Of a stretch of 64,000 nucleotides of DNA, positions 18,237 through 28,336 are shown in pieces (positions within the stretch are counted from its first letter, which is position 1; the number at the start of each line of letters is the position of its first letter). Source of the DNA: Syntrophorhabdaceae bacterium (GTDB lineage Bacteria > Desulfobacterota > Syntrophorhabdia > Syntrophorhabdales > Syntrophorhabdaceae); NCBI GenBank assembly GCA_963666485.2, contig CAXXUO010000004.1:160001-224000 (forward strand). The letters run 5' to 3'. The translations under genes were made by a program, and so were the position numbers. Under the pieces are notes generated by a model. The model saw only the letters and a list, made by a program, of their open reading frames with translations, had not been told where the DNA came from and made no database searches.

Positions 18237-19235
18237 CTACTCAGCGCGGACCTGAATAAGCTGGCCCACGATGCTCACAGCTATTTCCTGCGGTGTTTCA
18301 GCCTTGATCGCAAGGCCGATCGGAGCGTGAACCTTTGATATCGCTTCGTTGGAAAAACCGGACTCACGCAACATGTCAAATATCATCTTCACTTTTCTCC
18401 TGCTCCCGATCATTCCGATATACCGGACATCTTTTCCCAGGGCCTCGCGAAGGACCACCGCGTCGTGCGCATGGCCGCGGGTCACAATAACGACAAATTC
18501 GCTCCCGGAAAAAGATAAATTCGAAAAGCTTTTCACGAAATCTTCAACCATGATCTCGTCCGCCTCGGGGAAACGGGCGGAATTGGCGAATTCCTGCCTG
18601 TCATCGATGACGGTCACGGCGAATTCAACCATTGCGGCAACTTTAGCGATAAATTGGGAGACATGGCCGGCACCGAAAATATAGAGCCGTGCCCGGTTAA
18701 ATACGGGTTCAACGAGGAAAGCGCCGTCGTCGGAGATGACGGGCCTTGCCCCGGAGACAAGGCCCAGGCACTGCATCGCATTGCTTTCGCTCATCTCATC
18801 ACCGGTAATGCCCAGGTTTTCATCGATAAGGGTCTTCGAAAAAACATCCGTCAGTGACGTGACGACGATCCCCTTCTTTCCTTTCCGTTCCATGTCCGCG
18901 AGCCGTTGATATAATGCACCATGCCGTGCCATGACAGGTTCGAGGAGAACATCGACGTTGCCGCCGCAGATCATCCCCTGGTCCGCAACGGTTTTCGCGT
19001 TCATCTGGAAATGCATGATAGCGGCCGCGCCGTTATCCTTACGCTCGACAGCAGCGTTCTGTACCTGCAGTTCGATCAGTCCGCCGCCAACCGTTCCGTC
19101 ACTTTGCCCCATCTCGTCTACGAACATCCTTGCCCCGACATCCCGGGGTGCCGAACCGGTACGGCTGATCACGGTCGCAAGGACCCCTCTTCTGCCTGCT
19201 TCAAGGCTTTCTCTGATGGTGTCATATATGCTCAT
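18237..19235 (-). CDS. xdhC: XdhC/CoxI family molybdoenzyme maturation factor
   Basis: GSAPR, GTVGGG, GMICGG, FGAGHV, TRGH, YIGMIGSRRK, APIGL..ETPQEIA. Confidence 0.9.
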   Translation of the reverse strand: MSIYDTIRESLEAGRRGVLATVISRTGSAPRDVGARMFVDEMGQSDGTVGGGLIELQVQNAAVERKDNGAAAIMHFQMNAKTVADQGMICGGNVDVLLEPVMARHGALYQRLADMERKGKKGIVVTSLTDVFSKTLIDENLGITGDEMSESNAMQCLGLVSGARPVISDDGAFLVEPVFNRARLYIFGAGHVSQFIAKVAAMVEFAVTVIDDRQEFANSARFPEADEIMVEDFVKSFSNLSFSGSEFVVIVTRGHAHDAVVLREALGKDVRYIGMIGSRRKVKMIFDMLRESGFSNEAISKVHAPIGLAIKAETPQEIAVSIVGQLIQVRAE

Positions 19236-19242
19236 CGATCAT

Positions 19243-20070
19243 TTACCTTTCATCTTGACCAAAATAATAATGGAGAACTGCCTCGAGCACTCCTCCCGCG
19301 ATGCCGCGCGCCTTTTCGGAGATCGTAAAACAATACTCCTTTTTGGCCCTCGGGTCGACATCACCGACCTTTTCGCCTTTTTCGACCACCATTTCCCTGA
19401 TGAGCCCCCGAAGTATCCCGTCAAACGGCGCATGAACGGGAGCATCGCCGACATACAGCACAAGGTCTCCCTGCTTCACCTCGTCTCCGAGAAGATGCAC
19501 ATGCTTCACCGGTCCTGGAACAGGTGCCCGCAAAACGCGTTCTTTCGCAACACCCTTGATCTCGCCCGGCATCCCGGTATAGGGTTCAGCCGAACCATCG
19601 TAGATAACGCGCCCGAGGTCATGTCCGCGGTTGCTCTCGATAACCGCATGGACATCGTGCGGGGCGATGAAGCCAGGGCCAACCCCGATAACAAAGGGAG
19701 CTTCTTCCTTTCGCGTCCCGACGTTCCTCTTGGCCATAATTGCATCGATAACAATATCAGGCCTCACGTCCTTCAGGCTTCTCCATTCGGGGTCCACGGT
19801 CACAGCGATCTGCCCTGCCTTCCATGCCGACTCCGCATCCCGGGCGTTCTCAACGAATCTCGCGCTGATGTTCTCAACGGCGACCATGCCGTCATGCACG
19901 GCTTCACAAAATGACACGAAACGCCGCACGCACAGGGGGTTCGCAACCTCCAGCATGAGGATGCGCGTCATCCCCGACCGGTAGAGCCTGTGGGCTATTC
20001 CCGACGCCATCTCACCGGCGCCTTTTATGACGACGGTCGCATCCGTTATCTTTTTTTCTGTCGCGGGCAT
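19243..20070 (-). CDS. yqeB: Selenium-dependent molybdenum hydroxylase system protein YqeB
   Basis: KGAGEMASG, VRRFVSF, DAIMAKRN, GPGF, RGHDLG, ERVLRAP, KVGDVDPR, ISEKARGIAGGVLEA. Confidence 0.88.
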   Translation of the reverse strand: MPATEKKITDATVVIKGAGEMASGIAHRLYRSGMTRILMLEVANPLCVRRFVSFCEAVHDGMVAVENISARFVENARDAESAWKAGQIAVTVDPEWRSLKDVRPDIVIDAIMAKRNVGTRKEEAPFVIGVGPGFIAPHDVHAVIESNRGHDLGRVIYDGSAEPYTGMPGEIKGVAKERVLRAPVPGPVKHVHLLGDEVKQGDLVLYVGDAPVHAPFDGILRGLIREMVVEKGEKVGDVDPRAKKEYCFTISEKARGIAGGVLEAVLHYYFGQDER

Positions 20071-20083
20071 GCCCGAAACCTCG

Positions 20084-21103
20084 CTATAACCCTTTTCCGA
20101 AGTGACACGCCGGATAATGGCAGACATCACAGTACGTGCACAGTCCGCCATACCCGAGCATCGCCACATCACGCTTTGAAACCTTTTCCCCGGCCAAAAG
20201 CCTCAGGAGCACGATATCGAGTGCCGTATAGCCATTGTAATAGACGCATGCGGGAGCGCCGAGGATATATTTGCCATCCAGTTGCGCGAGAAGGAACATC
20301 GCGCCCGGGGCGATCGGCGTGCCATAGAATAACGTTTTTGCCCCTGTCGCCTCGATCCCCTCCTGTGTGACGTCGTCGGGATCGACCGAGAGACCGGCCG
20401 TAGTGATCACGATATCGGCCCCTTTCGCAAAAAGGTCGAGGATCGCGTCCCGGATCATGGGGACCTCGTCGGTAACAACCCTTTTCCCGATCACGTCTGA
20501 ACCGTATTTTCTGACCTTGGCCTCCACGATATGGGAACTGTCCGGCACCCGCCCGTCATATACCTCGCTGCCGGTGACGACGATACCTGCGGACAGTGCC
20601 TTAAACGGCATTACCTTGATCGTCTTCTTGTACTTCCCGCCTTTTTCGACACGGGCCAGGGACCTTTCATTGATATAGAGCGGTATTATCCTGGCGGCGG
20701 CTATCATATCGCCCGCTTTGACGGGGTACCTGTTCGGCAGCGTCGTCACGAGTACATCCTCGATCCGGTTCAACGCGTACAGCATGTCAGGGTCGACCTT
20801 GAACAGTCCGTCGACGGTGCTTTTGATAACGACCTTGCCTTCCTTCGGCGGCACCATCTCCATGAATTTTCCCATGACAGCACGCGCGATCCTCATGCCC
20901 GCGTCGTCCTCGTGCACCCCCTGTATGGAATCGTCAAAGACAAACAAATGCCTCTTCCCGAGATCGAGGAGCCTTTCCACGTCTGATGCCTTGATGACCG
21001 TCCCTTTCGTGAAAGCGACATCCTTCTTCTTTCCGGGAATGATCTCCGTAATGTCGTGGGCAAGTATCATGCCCGGGGCGTCTTCAACTCGTACCTTTTT
21101 CAA
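20084..21103 (-). CDS. Molybdopterin-binding (MoeA/MogA-like) protein
   Basis: LAHDITEI, HEDDA, TGSEV, GLSVDPDDVT, PGAM, C-terminal GGLCTYCDVCHYPACHFGKG. Confidence 0.82.
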   Translation of the reverse strand: MKKVRVEDAPGMILAHDITEIIPGKKKDVAFTKGTVIKASDVERLLDLGKRHLFVFDDSIQGVHEDDAGMRIARAVMGKFMEMVPPKEGKVVIKSTVDGLFKVDPDMLYALNRIEDVLVTTLPNRYPVKAGDMIAAARIIPLYINERSLARVEKGGKYKKTIKVMPFKALSAGIVVTGSEVYDGRVPDSSHIVEAKVRKYGSDVIGKRVVTDEVPMIRDAILDLFAKGADIVITTAGLSVDPDDVTQEGIEATGAKTLFYGTPIAPGAMFLLAQLDGKYILGAPACVYYNGYTALDIVLLRLLAGEKVSKRDVAMLGYGGLCTYCDVCHYPACHFGKGL

Positions 21104-21695
21104 CGTTGTATCCTTTTCGTGTCAGATTCTGGATATCGTCGGCGGTGTCGATATCGAACAACGCGCCGTTATCCGTTTCTATAAATAGCACATCTTCTTT
21201 ATGATTTTCTATAACTTCACGGAGGCCTTTGTCCCCCGCGAGGCCTTCCATTTCCTCGATATACAGGGCGGCATCGATCAGGACCGGGTGGCCTTTCTGC
21301 CCGCCGCACACAGGGACGATTATGGGCTTTCCTGCCGCGCGGAAAGCTTCGACCATATCTTCCAGCAATTCCTTGCTGATAAATGGCTTGTCCCCCAGGT
21401 GGAAAAATACCGCCTTCGCACCACGCACCCACGGAATGGCGGCCTTGACCGAACTCGACATGCCCGTGTCGTGGTCTTTATTATGTACGACGGTGACGTT
21501 AAGCCCCGTGAGTTCGCGGTTTATTTCAGGCAGATAAGGACCGGCAACGACGACAACATCTCCCAGGCCTGCCTCTATGAAAGGGAGGACCGATCTGCGG
21601 ATAACCGCCTCGGAATCGATCTTCAGTGTAAGCTTGTTGAAACCGAGCCGTCGTGAAGACCCTGCCGCCAGGATGACGGAACAGATGTCTCTCAT
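21084..21695 (-). CDS. MocA-like molybdenum cofactor cytidylyltransferase
   Basis: ILAAGSSRRLG, GMSSS, LGDKP, GHPV, GDKG, DIDT. Confidence 0.82.
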   Translation of the reverse strand: MRDICSVILAAGSSRRLGFNKLTLKIDSEAVIRRSVLPFIEAGLGDVVVVAGPYLPEINRELTGLNVTVVHNKDHDTGMSSSVKAAIPWVRGAKAVFFHLGDKPFISKELLEDMVEAFRAAGKPIIVPVCGGQKGHPVLIDAALYIEEMEGLAGDKGLREVIENHKEDVLFIETDNGALFDIDTADDIQNLTRKGYNVEKGTS

Positions 21696-21722
21696 GAAAC
21701 CAAAACACCGTTATGATACATT

Positions 21723-21920
21723 CTATTCTTCCCCGACGATCAGCATCAGGCCGGCGAGAAGCCTGTCGACATCTGCGCCGTGGACCTGTGCTGCCTGTTC
21801 GATATTTTCAAAAAGTGCGGCCTCGCAACCGGCACACCCGAGACCGAAATCCTCGAAGACTTTCAAAGACCCCGGGTATTTGCTCAGAACTTCACTGACG
21901 GACATCTTTCTATCGATCAT
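21723..21920 (-). CDS. DUF1858 small CxxC redox protein (65 aa)
   Basis: MIDRKMSVSEVLSKYP..FGLGCAGC..ENIEQAAQVHG; GGAGAGG SD before ATG 21920. Confidence 0.82.
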   Translation of the reverse strand: MIDRKMSVSEVLSKYPGSLKVFEDFGLGCAGCEAALFENIEQAAQVHGADVDRLLAGLMLIVGEE

Positions 21921-21966
21921 AGCCTCTCCGGTTGTGACCGGTGCATGTGCGCACGGCCCGAAATTT

Positions 21967-22500
21967 TTAGAAAACGTCGGCAGAAAAGATATATATGTCT
22001 GCGTCTTCAGATTTCCAGGCGTCCTTCGGCAGGCCCGCTTTATAGCATGTATATTCCAGGAACTCGGTCCTGTCCCAGCCCTGCTCTGTCGCGACCTGGG
22101 GAAGCAAAAGGCCCGAATGAACGCCTTTCTCGATATACAATCCGTGGACGCCAACCTCGATCTCGTCTACATTTTCGATCTTTTTCATGGGGGTCAGGAC
22201 CGAGATCTCGAAATCGCAATCCTTCCACTCGTCTTTCGAGACAGGCTCGAAGCGCGGGTCGTGAAAAGCGGCCTGCACCGCCATATGCCGCACGGTTTCA
22301 TGCAGGGGCAGGTAGCCCCGCAGGTACCCTATGCATCCCCTTAAAGACCCGCAGTTCTTTATGGTGACAAAAGCCCCGCATTTTTCGTCAAGAAGACCGG
22401 AGGTTTCGACCGGCAGGCATTCCTTGCCGAAAAGAACGCCTTCGATGGCGTCCTTGACCAGTTTCTTCAGTTTATCCCTTTCTTCCTGTGATAGTGCCAT
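21967..22500 (-). CDS. amrA: AmmeMemoRadiSam system protein A (AMMECR1 family)
   Basis: GAFVTI, LRGCIG, DPRF, EISVLT, GLLLPQV, KAGL. Confidence 0.9.
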   Translation of the reverse strand: MALSQEERDKLKKLVKDAIEGVLFGKECLPVETSGLLDEKCGAFVTIKNCGSLRGCIGYLRGYLPLHETVRHMAVQAAFHDPRFEPVSKDEWKDCDFEISVLTPMKKIENVDEIEVGVHGLYIEKGVHSGLLLPQVATEQGWDRTEFLEYTCYKAGLPKDAWKSEDADIYIFSADVF

Positions 22501-22511
22501 GATCCGTCCTG

Positions 22512-23348
22512 TCAGCTGTCGCTTCTAAACAACACGGCGGACACGTACCCGACGACACCGCTCCGGTCACCCGACACATCACCCGAGTTGGCATATTTCA
22601 GGATCGAACTCGAATGAGCGCCCAGTTTCCCGGCCGCCATCATGGTGGTGATCATAGGGCCCGCTCCGCATGCCTGGGCCTTTTCGGTCCTGATGTCACG
22701 CACCATTCCCGCGATGTCGAAATTCTTCAGATGCTCAATTGTAACGCTGTCAATTTTCACCGCCGCATCATAGGGATAGTAGTGAGAAAGGTCAGTACTG
22801 GCGACAATGAGGAACCGCTTATCACTACCTGATATGACCTGTCCAAGTATTCCCGCCGCCTCTTCGTACATGTCGTCATCCCCCGCGCCAACGAGCAGCG
22901 GCAACAGCAGGAAGTCCTTGAATATGAACTGGAGAAAGGGCAGTTGGACCTCGAGAGAATGTTCACCCTTGTGGACCTCCCTGTTTGCCCGGAAGGGACC
23001 ACCCCGCCCGACAATATCGGCGGCGGATGCGGCGTCTATTGCGATGTCCCCGAGAGGCGTCCTGAACACCCCTTCTTCCCACGCGGCGATCCCCTGGAAA
23101 TAAGCCCTGTGGCTCGGGGCAAGAACGATGACTGTGTCAAACTCTTGTGAAGACACAGCCCTGTACCCGTAGGCAGCGACCTGCCCTGAATACATATATC
23201 CCGCGTGCGGCGAAATGACCGCCAGGATATTGTCCGGGACCGGTCCGGAATCGGCAGCCTTCAGGTAACTCCCGACATCTCTCCTCAAGCTGACCGGATC
23301 ACCAGGATAAAACATCCCGCTCACAGCTGGTTCGCGCACGCTTGTCAT
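22512..23348 (-). CDS. amrB: AmmeMemoRadiSam system protein B (MEMO1 family)
   Basis: PAVSGMFYP, PHAGYMYSG, EHSLEVQLPFLQ, STDLSHY, CGAGP, NSGDV..VVGY. Confidence 0.9.
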   Translation of the reverse strand: MTSVREPAVSGMFYPGDPVSLRRDVGSYLKAADSGPVPDNILAVISPHAGYMYSGQVAAYGYRAVSSQEFDTVIVLAPSHRAYFQGIAAWEEGVFRTPLGDIAIDAASAADIVGRGGPFRANREVHKGEHSLEVQLPFLQFIFKDFLLLPLLVGAGDDDMYEEAAGILGQVISGSDKRFLIVASTDLSHYYPYDAAVKIDSVTIEHLKNFDIAGMVRDIRTEKAQACGAGPMITTMMAAGKLGAHSSSILKYANSGDVSGDRSGVVGYVSAVLFRSDS

Positions 23349-23403
23349 ATCATACCCATGAGTCCATTATAACATATTATACTTTTGACAGTGCGCGGCT
23401 TTT

Positions 23404-23433
23404 TTGGCAAACCGTGACTGGCAATGCTATAAT
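23404..23433 (+). promoter_or_regulatory. Putative sigma-70 promoter (TTGGCA-18-TATAAT with extended TG)
   Basis: TTGGCA 23404-23409; TGCTATAAT 23425-23433, 7 nt before ATG 23441. Confidence 0.55.
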
Positions 23434-23440
23434 ACATGCT

Positions 23441-23965
23441 ATGCTTAACGAACTGAAAAGAACTTTCCATACCCGGCTTGCCGTATGCATTCTTCTTTCG
23501 CTATGCGCCGCCGGATTCATTGCTGCCGGAGCTGCCGTGGCCACTGACAAACCTGTTATAGGCGCAGTAGAACACGTGATCCTCGAGCCCCAGGGAATCA
23601 AGATCACCGCTCGTATAGACACAGGGGCTGCAACCACGTCCCTCGATGCACGAAACGTGAAGGTTTCCGAAGACAAGGTCACGTTCAACCTTTCCCCCAA
23701 ATTCGGCGGGGCCGAGGTGACCATGCCGATCGTCGGCTGGAAGCACGTCCGCACAGCCGGGTCACGGGAAGAGAGGCCCCTCGTAGAGATGGACGTGTGC
23801 ATCGACTCGAAGCGGCTCCGCGTCCTTGTAAATCTTACTGACCGCTCGGAGATGCGCTACCCCCTGCTCCTGGGAAGAAATGTCATTATAGGAAATTTCG
23901 TGGTCGACCCGTCGAGTTCATATCTCACAAGGCCATCAAAGGATTGCGGGGACAAAGATAAGTGA
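23441..23965 (+). CDS. Exported retropepsin-like putative protease (RimK/LysX-associated)
   Basis: Signal peptide, ARIDTGAATTSL, ERPLV, NLTDRSEMRYPLLLGR. Confidence 0.82.
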   Translation: MLNELKRTFHTRLAVCILLSLCAAGFIAAGAAVATDKPVIGAVEHVILEPQGIKITARIDTGAATTSLDARNVKVSEDKVTFNLSPKFGGAEVTMPIVGWKHVRTAGSREERPLVEMDVCIDSKRLRVLVNLTDRSEMRYPLLLGRNVIIGNFVVDPSSSYLTRPSKDCGDKDK

Positions 23966-25488
23966 AACGTCCAGCGTTGATCGTTGCGTTGACGCTGATG
24001 TTTCTTTCGCTTTTAATCACCGCGTACCGGATACTCATCCTGGGGTACCCGCTGTCCCCGGCCACGCCCGATTACGTCTGGACGTTCCGTTTCGACGGAA
24101 CGGTTGAAGGCACGGGCAGCGAGACGCTGCTCCTTCTTTCATTGCCATCCCAGGACCATGGCCAGATCGTGCTCGAGGAATCCATAGGGTCCGGCTCAAT
24201 GAATTTTAACCTGCTCAGGGAATATGACAACCGCATCGGCGTATGGTCGGGAAAAACCGGCGAAGGCGACGAATACGTCTCTTACAAAGCATCGATCCTG
24301 ATGCAGCACAAGGGCGCTGTGGCACTGGCGGAGCATCCCGGTGCGCAGTACCCTTATGGGACGAAAACAGAGGATATACCGGTCATTGAAGGCGTTACGC
24401 AGGGATGGCGGCCGCTCAGCATCCCGGCGCGCGTACAGGTTATACTCGGAATTATGAGAGGAATTGACAGGGATGCCGGGAAGGAAGAGGACATAGCCAG
24501 GCTTCGGCCCGTGATCGAGAAATATGACCGGACCACCCGCCTCATCATCCTCCTTTCCTCCGTGAACATCCCGTCCCGGGCCGTCGAAGGCCTTATGCTC
24601 AAAGAAGGGGTAACCGACCGGACATCATCGTGGGTAGATGCCTGGACAGGACAGCGCTGGGACCATATCGATATGGCGAATCTCCAGCTTTATCCGCAAA
24701 AAACAGGATTTTTCCCCTTGAGCGTGGGGGGTATGTCGGCCATGAGGATGTCCGGCGGGCAGCTCTCGTCGGGCCGGTTCGAACTTACGCGCGATATCAT
24801 GAGCCGATGGCATATATTTTTCGAAAGGATCAACCGTTCACGCAAGATACTCGACCGGTGGTCGCTCTTCAGGATCCCGCCCGAATATCAGCAGACGTTC
24901 AGGCTACTGCTCCTTGTCCCCCTCGGAGCCCTCCTGATTGCATTCCTCCGCAATATGATCGGGTTTCAGACTTTCGGCATCTTCATGCCGCTTCTCATGG
25001 CGCTCGCTTTCCGGAACACGGGCCTTTTTTACGGACTTGCGATGTTTGCCGGCATTATTGTCATAGGCTACGGGGCGCGCCGCTATTTGAACACCCTGCG
25101 CCTTCTCCTCATTCCCCGGATGTCGGTCCTCGTCACCCTGGTCATATTCTGTTTTGTCATACTTGCATTGATCGGGAACAAAGCGGGCATCCGGCAGCTC
25201 ATGGCCGTCGGCCTTCTCCCATTCGTTATCCTCACGATGACGATAGAACGCTTTTTCGTTGTCGTCGAGGAACACGGCGCGAAGACAGCGCTGCAGACCG
25301 CACTCGGCAGCGCGATCGTTTCAGTCATCGCCTTTCTCATACTTCAGTGGGAGATACTCCAGATCACCTTTTTTGTGTACCCTGAATTGCTTCTCTTCGT
25401 CATGGGCCTGCAAATACTCGTTGGCAGGTACACGGGGTACCGAATATCCGAACTTTTCCGGTTCCGTTCGTTCGGGAGTCACGAGTGA
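23962..25488 (+). CDS. Inactive transglutaminase fused to 7TM domain
   Basis: IPSRAVEGL..WVDAW transglutaminase-like segment; 7TM with RNMIGFQTFGIFMP, PFVILTMTIER, GRYTGYRISEL. Confidence 0.85.
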   Translation: MKRPALIVALTLMFLSLLITAYRILILGYPLSPATPDYVWTFRFDGTVEGTGSETLLLLSLPSQDHGQIVLEESIGSGSMNFNLLREYDNRIGVWSGKTGEGDEYVSYKASILMQHKGAVALAEHPGAQYPYGTKTEDIPVIEGVTQGWRPLSIPARVQVILGIMRGIDRDAGKEEDIARLRPVIEKYDRTTRLIILLSSVNIPSRAVEGLMLKEGVTDRTSSWVDAWTGQRWDHIDMANLQLYPQKTGFFPLSVGGMSAMRMSGGQLSSGRFELTRDIMSRWHIFFERINRSRKILDRWSLFRIPPEYQQTFRLLLLVPLGALLIAFLRNMIGFQTFGIFMPLLMALAFRNTGLFYGLAMFAGIIVIGYGARRYLNTLRLLLIPRMSVLVTLVIFCFVILALIGNKAGIRQLMAVGLLPFVILTMTIERFFVVVEEHGAKTALQTALGSAIVSVIAFLILQWEILQITFFVYPELLLFVMGLQILVGRYTGYRISELFRFRSFGSHE

Positions 25489-26429
25489 TCCGGTTTGCGG
25501 CATTCAAGAACCTGCGCCAAGCCGGGATCCTCGGCATGAACAGCAGAAATTCCGACATCATAATGGCGTATAATCCCCGGTCCGGCTTTCCCCTCGTCGA
25601 TAACAAGATCTTAACAAAGGAAGCTGCCGCCCTGCACGGGATCCCGACCCCGTCGCTCTATGGCGTTATAAAGAAACACGGTGACCTCGGGAAATTCAAT
25701 TCGATCATTGGGAACGTTGATTCCTTCGCGTTGAAGCCAGCCCGCGGATCCGGTGGAAGCGGCATTGTCCTTGTCCGGGAAGCACTGCCCCGATTCTTCG
25801 TGACAACAAGCGGAAGGAAGATAACCCCGGTAGATCTCGTGTATCATATCTCGGATATCCTGTCGGGTATCTTTTCCCTCGAAGGCCAGGAGGACAGCGC
25901 GATCATCGAGGCGCTTATAGAACCGCATCCCGTTTTCGAACCGGTCACCTACAAGGGTATCCCGGACATAAGGGTGATCGTGTACCGGGGCATTCCCATT
26001 ATGTCAATGGTCCGGTTTCCCACGTCCGCTTCGGACGGGAAAGCCAATCTTCACGGGGGCGCGATCGGGGCAGGAATCCAGATCGGGACGGGCCTGACGA
26101 ACACTGCCGTGCACAAAAACACCATCGTAAACGTCCATCCCGACACACTGAACCCCGTAAGCGGCATCACCATACCCGACTGGGATAAGATACTTCATAT
26201 GGCCGCTGTTTCATGGGAAATGACCGGACTCGGGTATATCGGCGCGGACCTGGTGCTCGACCGCGCGAAAGGCCCGCTTCTCCTTGAGCTTAACGCACGG
26301 CCGGGGCTTGCCATCCAGATGGCGAACAGGGCCGGCCTTATGGACCGCATCAAAAGAGTAGATTCTGCCCCTGCCTCACTATTTTCAGATCCTGCAGCAC
26401 GGGTCGCCTGGGCACAACAAAATCTGTGA
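25485..26429 (+). CDS. Alpha-L-glutamate ligase-like ATP-grasp protein
   Basis: GILGMNSRN, YNPR..PLVDNK, KPARGSGGSGI, PDIRVIV, GKANLHGGA, LELNARPGLAIQ. Confidence 0.88.
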   Translation: MIRFAAFKNLRQAGILGMNSRNSDIIMAYNPRSGFPLVDNKILTKEAAALHGIPTPSLYGVIKKHGDLGKFNSIIGNVDSFALKPARGSGGSGIVLVREALPRFFVTTSGRKITPVDLVYHISDILSGIFSLEGQEDSAIIEALIEPHPVFEPVTYKGIPDIRVIVYRGIPIMSMVRFPTSASDGKANLHGGAIGAGIQIGTGLTNTAVHKNTIVNVHPDTLNPVSGITIPDWDKILHMAAVSWEMTGLGYIGADLVLDRAKGPLLLELNARPGLAIQMANRAGLMDRIKRVDSAPASLFSDPAARVAWAQQNL

Positions 26430-26435
26430 GTATAA

Positions 26436-27087
26436 TTATTTGAAGGATATCATGTCCGTGCGGGTGGCCGTCACCTGCTGGGAGACCCGCGGCGCATTGA
26501 GCAGATGCCAGACCGTATACTGTTCCGGGTAAAGGTCCTCGGCAGATATCCCGTCGACAGGTATAATAACTTTAAAACCGCGAAGGGCCGCTTCGCTCGC
26601 CGTGTGCAGCACGGCGCCGTGCGCGGCGGTGCCGGTGACGATCACGTGTGTCACGCCGGCCGTTTTCAGAATATTTTCAAGGTCGGTGCCCAGAAACTTG
26701 TCCGGGCCCGAGATCACGGAACGTTCGCCGGGCTTTGCGGCCAGGGCAGGAGCAACGTCGCCGAGGACGGCACCCGCCGACAGGCTGTAGGTGACCGGGA
26801 CCTTGGCGCTGCGGGCCCTCTGCGTCAGTTTCTCGACCGCAGGTACCGACGCTATGCACCTCGGGCGCCGCTCGTTATTGCACACCTGCTTGTTAAAATC
26901 GAGAAGGAGCAGCATTGTTTTGGAACTCTCGAGAACCACGGGTTTTACTTCGGGCGCCGGTTGGTGTCTTTACCTGGCCCCACAGGTCAATGATCGTTTG
27001 CGCGGACGCTGGGGTTGTGAGACCTGCCGTGAAAAAAAGTCCTGCGATAATTCCCGATACGATGAATACCGTTGGGATCTTTTTCAT
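26436..27087 (-). pseudogene. Secreted isochorismatase/cysteine-hydrolase family protein with one apparent +1 frameshift (~26961)
   Basis: Signal peptide ORF 26893-27087 (..ASAQTIIDLWGQVKTP) joins PAPEVKPVVLESSKTMLLLLDF..GPDKF..TGTAAHGAV if one base is removed; may be a sequencing error. Confidence 0.75.
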
Positions 27088-27468
27088 TACCGTACCTCCC
27101 TTTCAATTCTCTTGTGTGAAACCAGGGGAAATTACCTTCAACCCGGCCTATTTCATACAGGCAGGGACTACGGATGCGAGCCCTGCATCCCTGATGATAT
27201 CCCTGTAACGCTTGAACGCTCGCTCTCGATCTCCGCCTTGAGGGCCCGGCGGGCAGGGCGGCCCCCTTTTCAGGATATCGCTGTTGAGACCGGGCGAGGA
27301 CGGCATTGCAGCAGGCCGCCATACCGATCGCAAAATTGCAGGAACCTACCGTATCGCACAGGGTTATTTCGCCTGAACCATATTCGAATTTCCCCCGCTG
27401 AAGGATGAAGGAACTACGATGGTCCTCCCGATCGTTCGATGCAATTTTGGCGGAACAGGTGCTGGAAA

Positions 27469-28312
27469 TCACCTTCCCTCCCGATATGGTCCGTCAATGA
27501 TTCCAAGCCTGCGCAATACCTTCTCCAGGTCCTCGATCAATCGGGCCCTGTTCTTTATCGATTCTTCGTCCTCGATAATATAGGGCGCGTCCTCCTCTTT
27601 GGGAACCGCCTCTTCTTCTATTTTTACCGGCTCTTCGGCAGGTTTGCCTTCGCATATTAACGGACCGGTCCCGGTGCTCTCACAGGTAAGCTCTTCATCG
27701 GGTACCTGTGCCGGGCTTGAAGGCACCAGGCTCCGGGACGGCCTCAAGGACAGGGCCGGCGGAGGATTCAAGCTCTATGACCGCCGGGGGTTCCGGACCA
27801 TCAACTGCAGGGATTTCAGTTTCGGGGACCGCTGAGACCTGAGGCCCGGGGACTATGGTAGATTCAGGTTCGAAAACCCTGTCAGGTTCGGGTTCCGGAA
27901 TTTGACAGCAGTTCGGGGCTCAGGAGCCGCAACGAGTTTCAGGTTCGGGAGTCAAAAGCGATTCAGGTTCGGGGACCGCGGGCGGTGGCTCAGGGGGTGC
28001 TGTCGTTTGATCTTCGGCCGGAAGAGGTCCGGATGCCTCACCCGACATGCCGGCACTATCATATACGTCAAAGACTGCGCCATTTCTTACCGCGTAGTTA
28101 AGGGCGGGGAGCAGCGATTCTCCGTCGTAGACATTAATATTCCCCGACCCGGAGATCATCTGGAAACCCCGTTGTCTTCCCGTCTCTTAACGACAGGGAC
28201 CCAATCCTGTCCCCCGGCCCTGCTGAAGACATCTAGAGAGCCGGTGTAGCCCTCCTTCTTCAGTTTTTCAAGAAACTGGCCCAAAAAGGACGGGATTCAT
28301 GTTGAGCATCAT
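27469..28312 (-). pseudogene. Frameshifted hypothetical protein: small alpha/beta N-domain, Pro/Glu-rich linker, C-terminal amphipathic helix
   Basis: GAGG-5nt-ATG at 28312; reconstructed MMLNMNPVLFGPVLEKLKKEGYTGSLDVF..ISGSGNINVYDGESLL..PEPPPAVPEPE..KNRARLIEDLEKVLRRLG needs several single-base removals. Confidence 0.5.
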
Positions 28313-28336
28313 GTCGACCTCGTAGCTCGCGTATGA

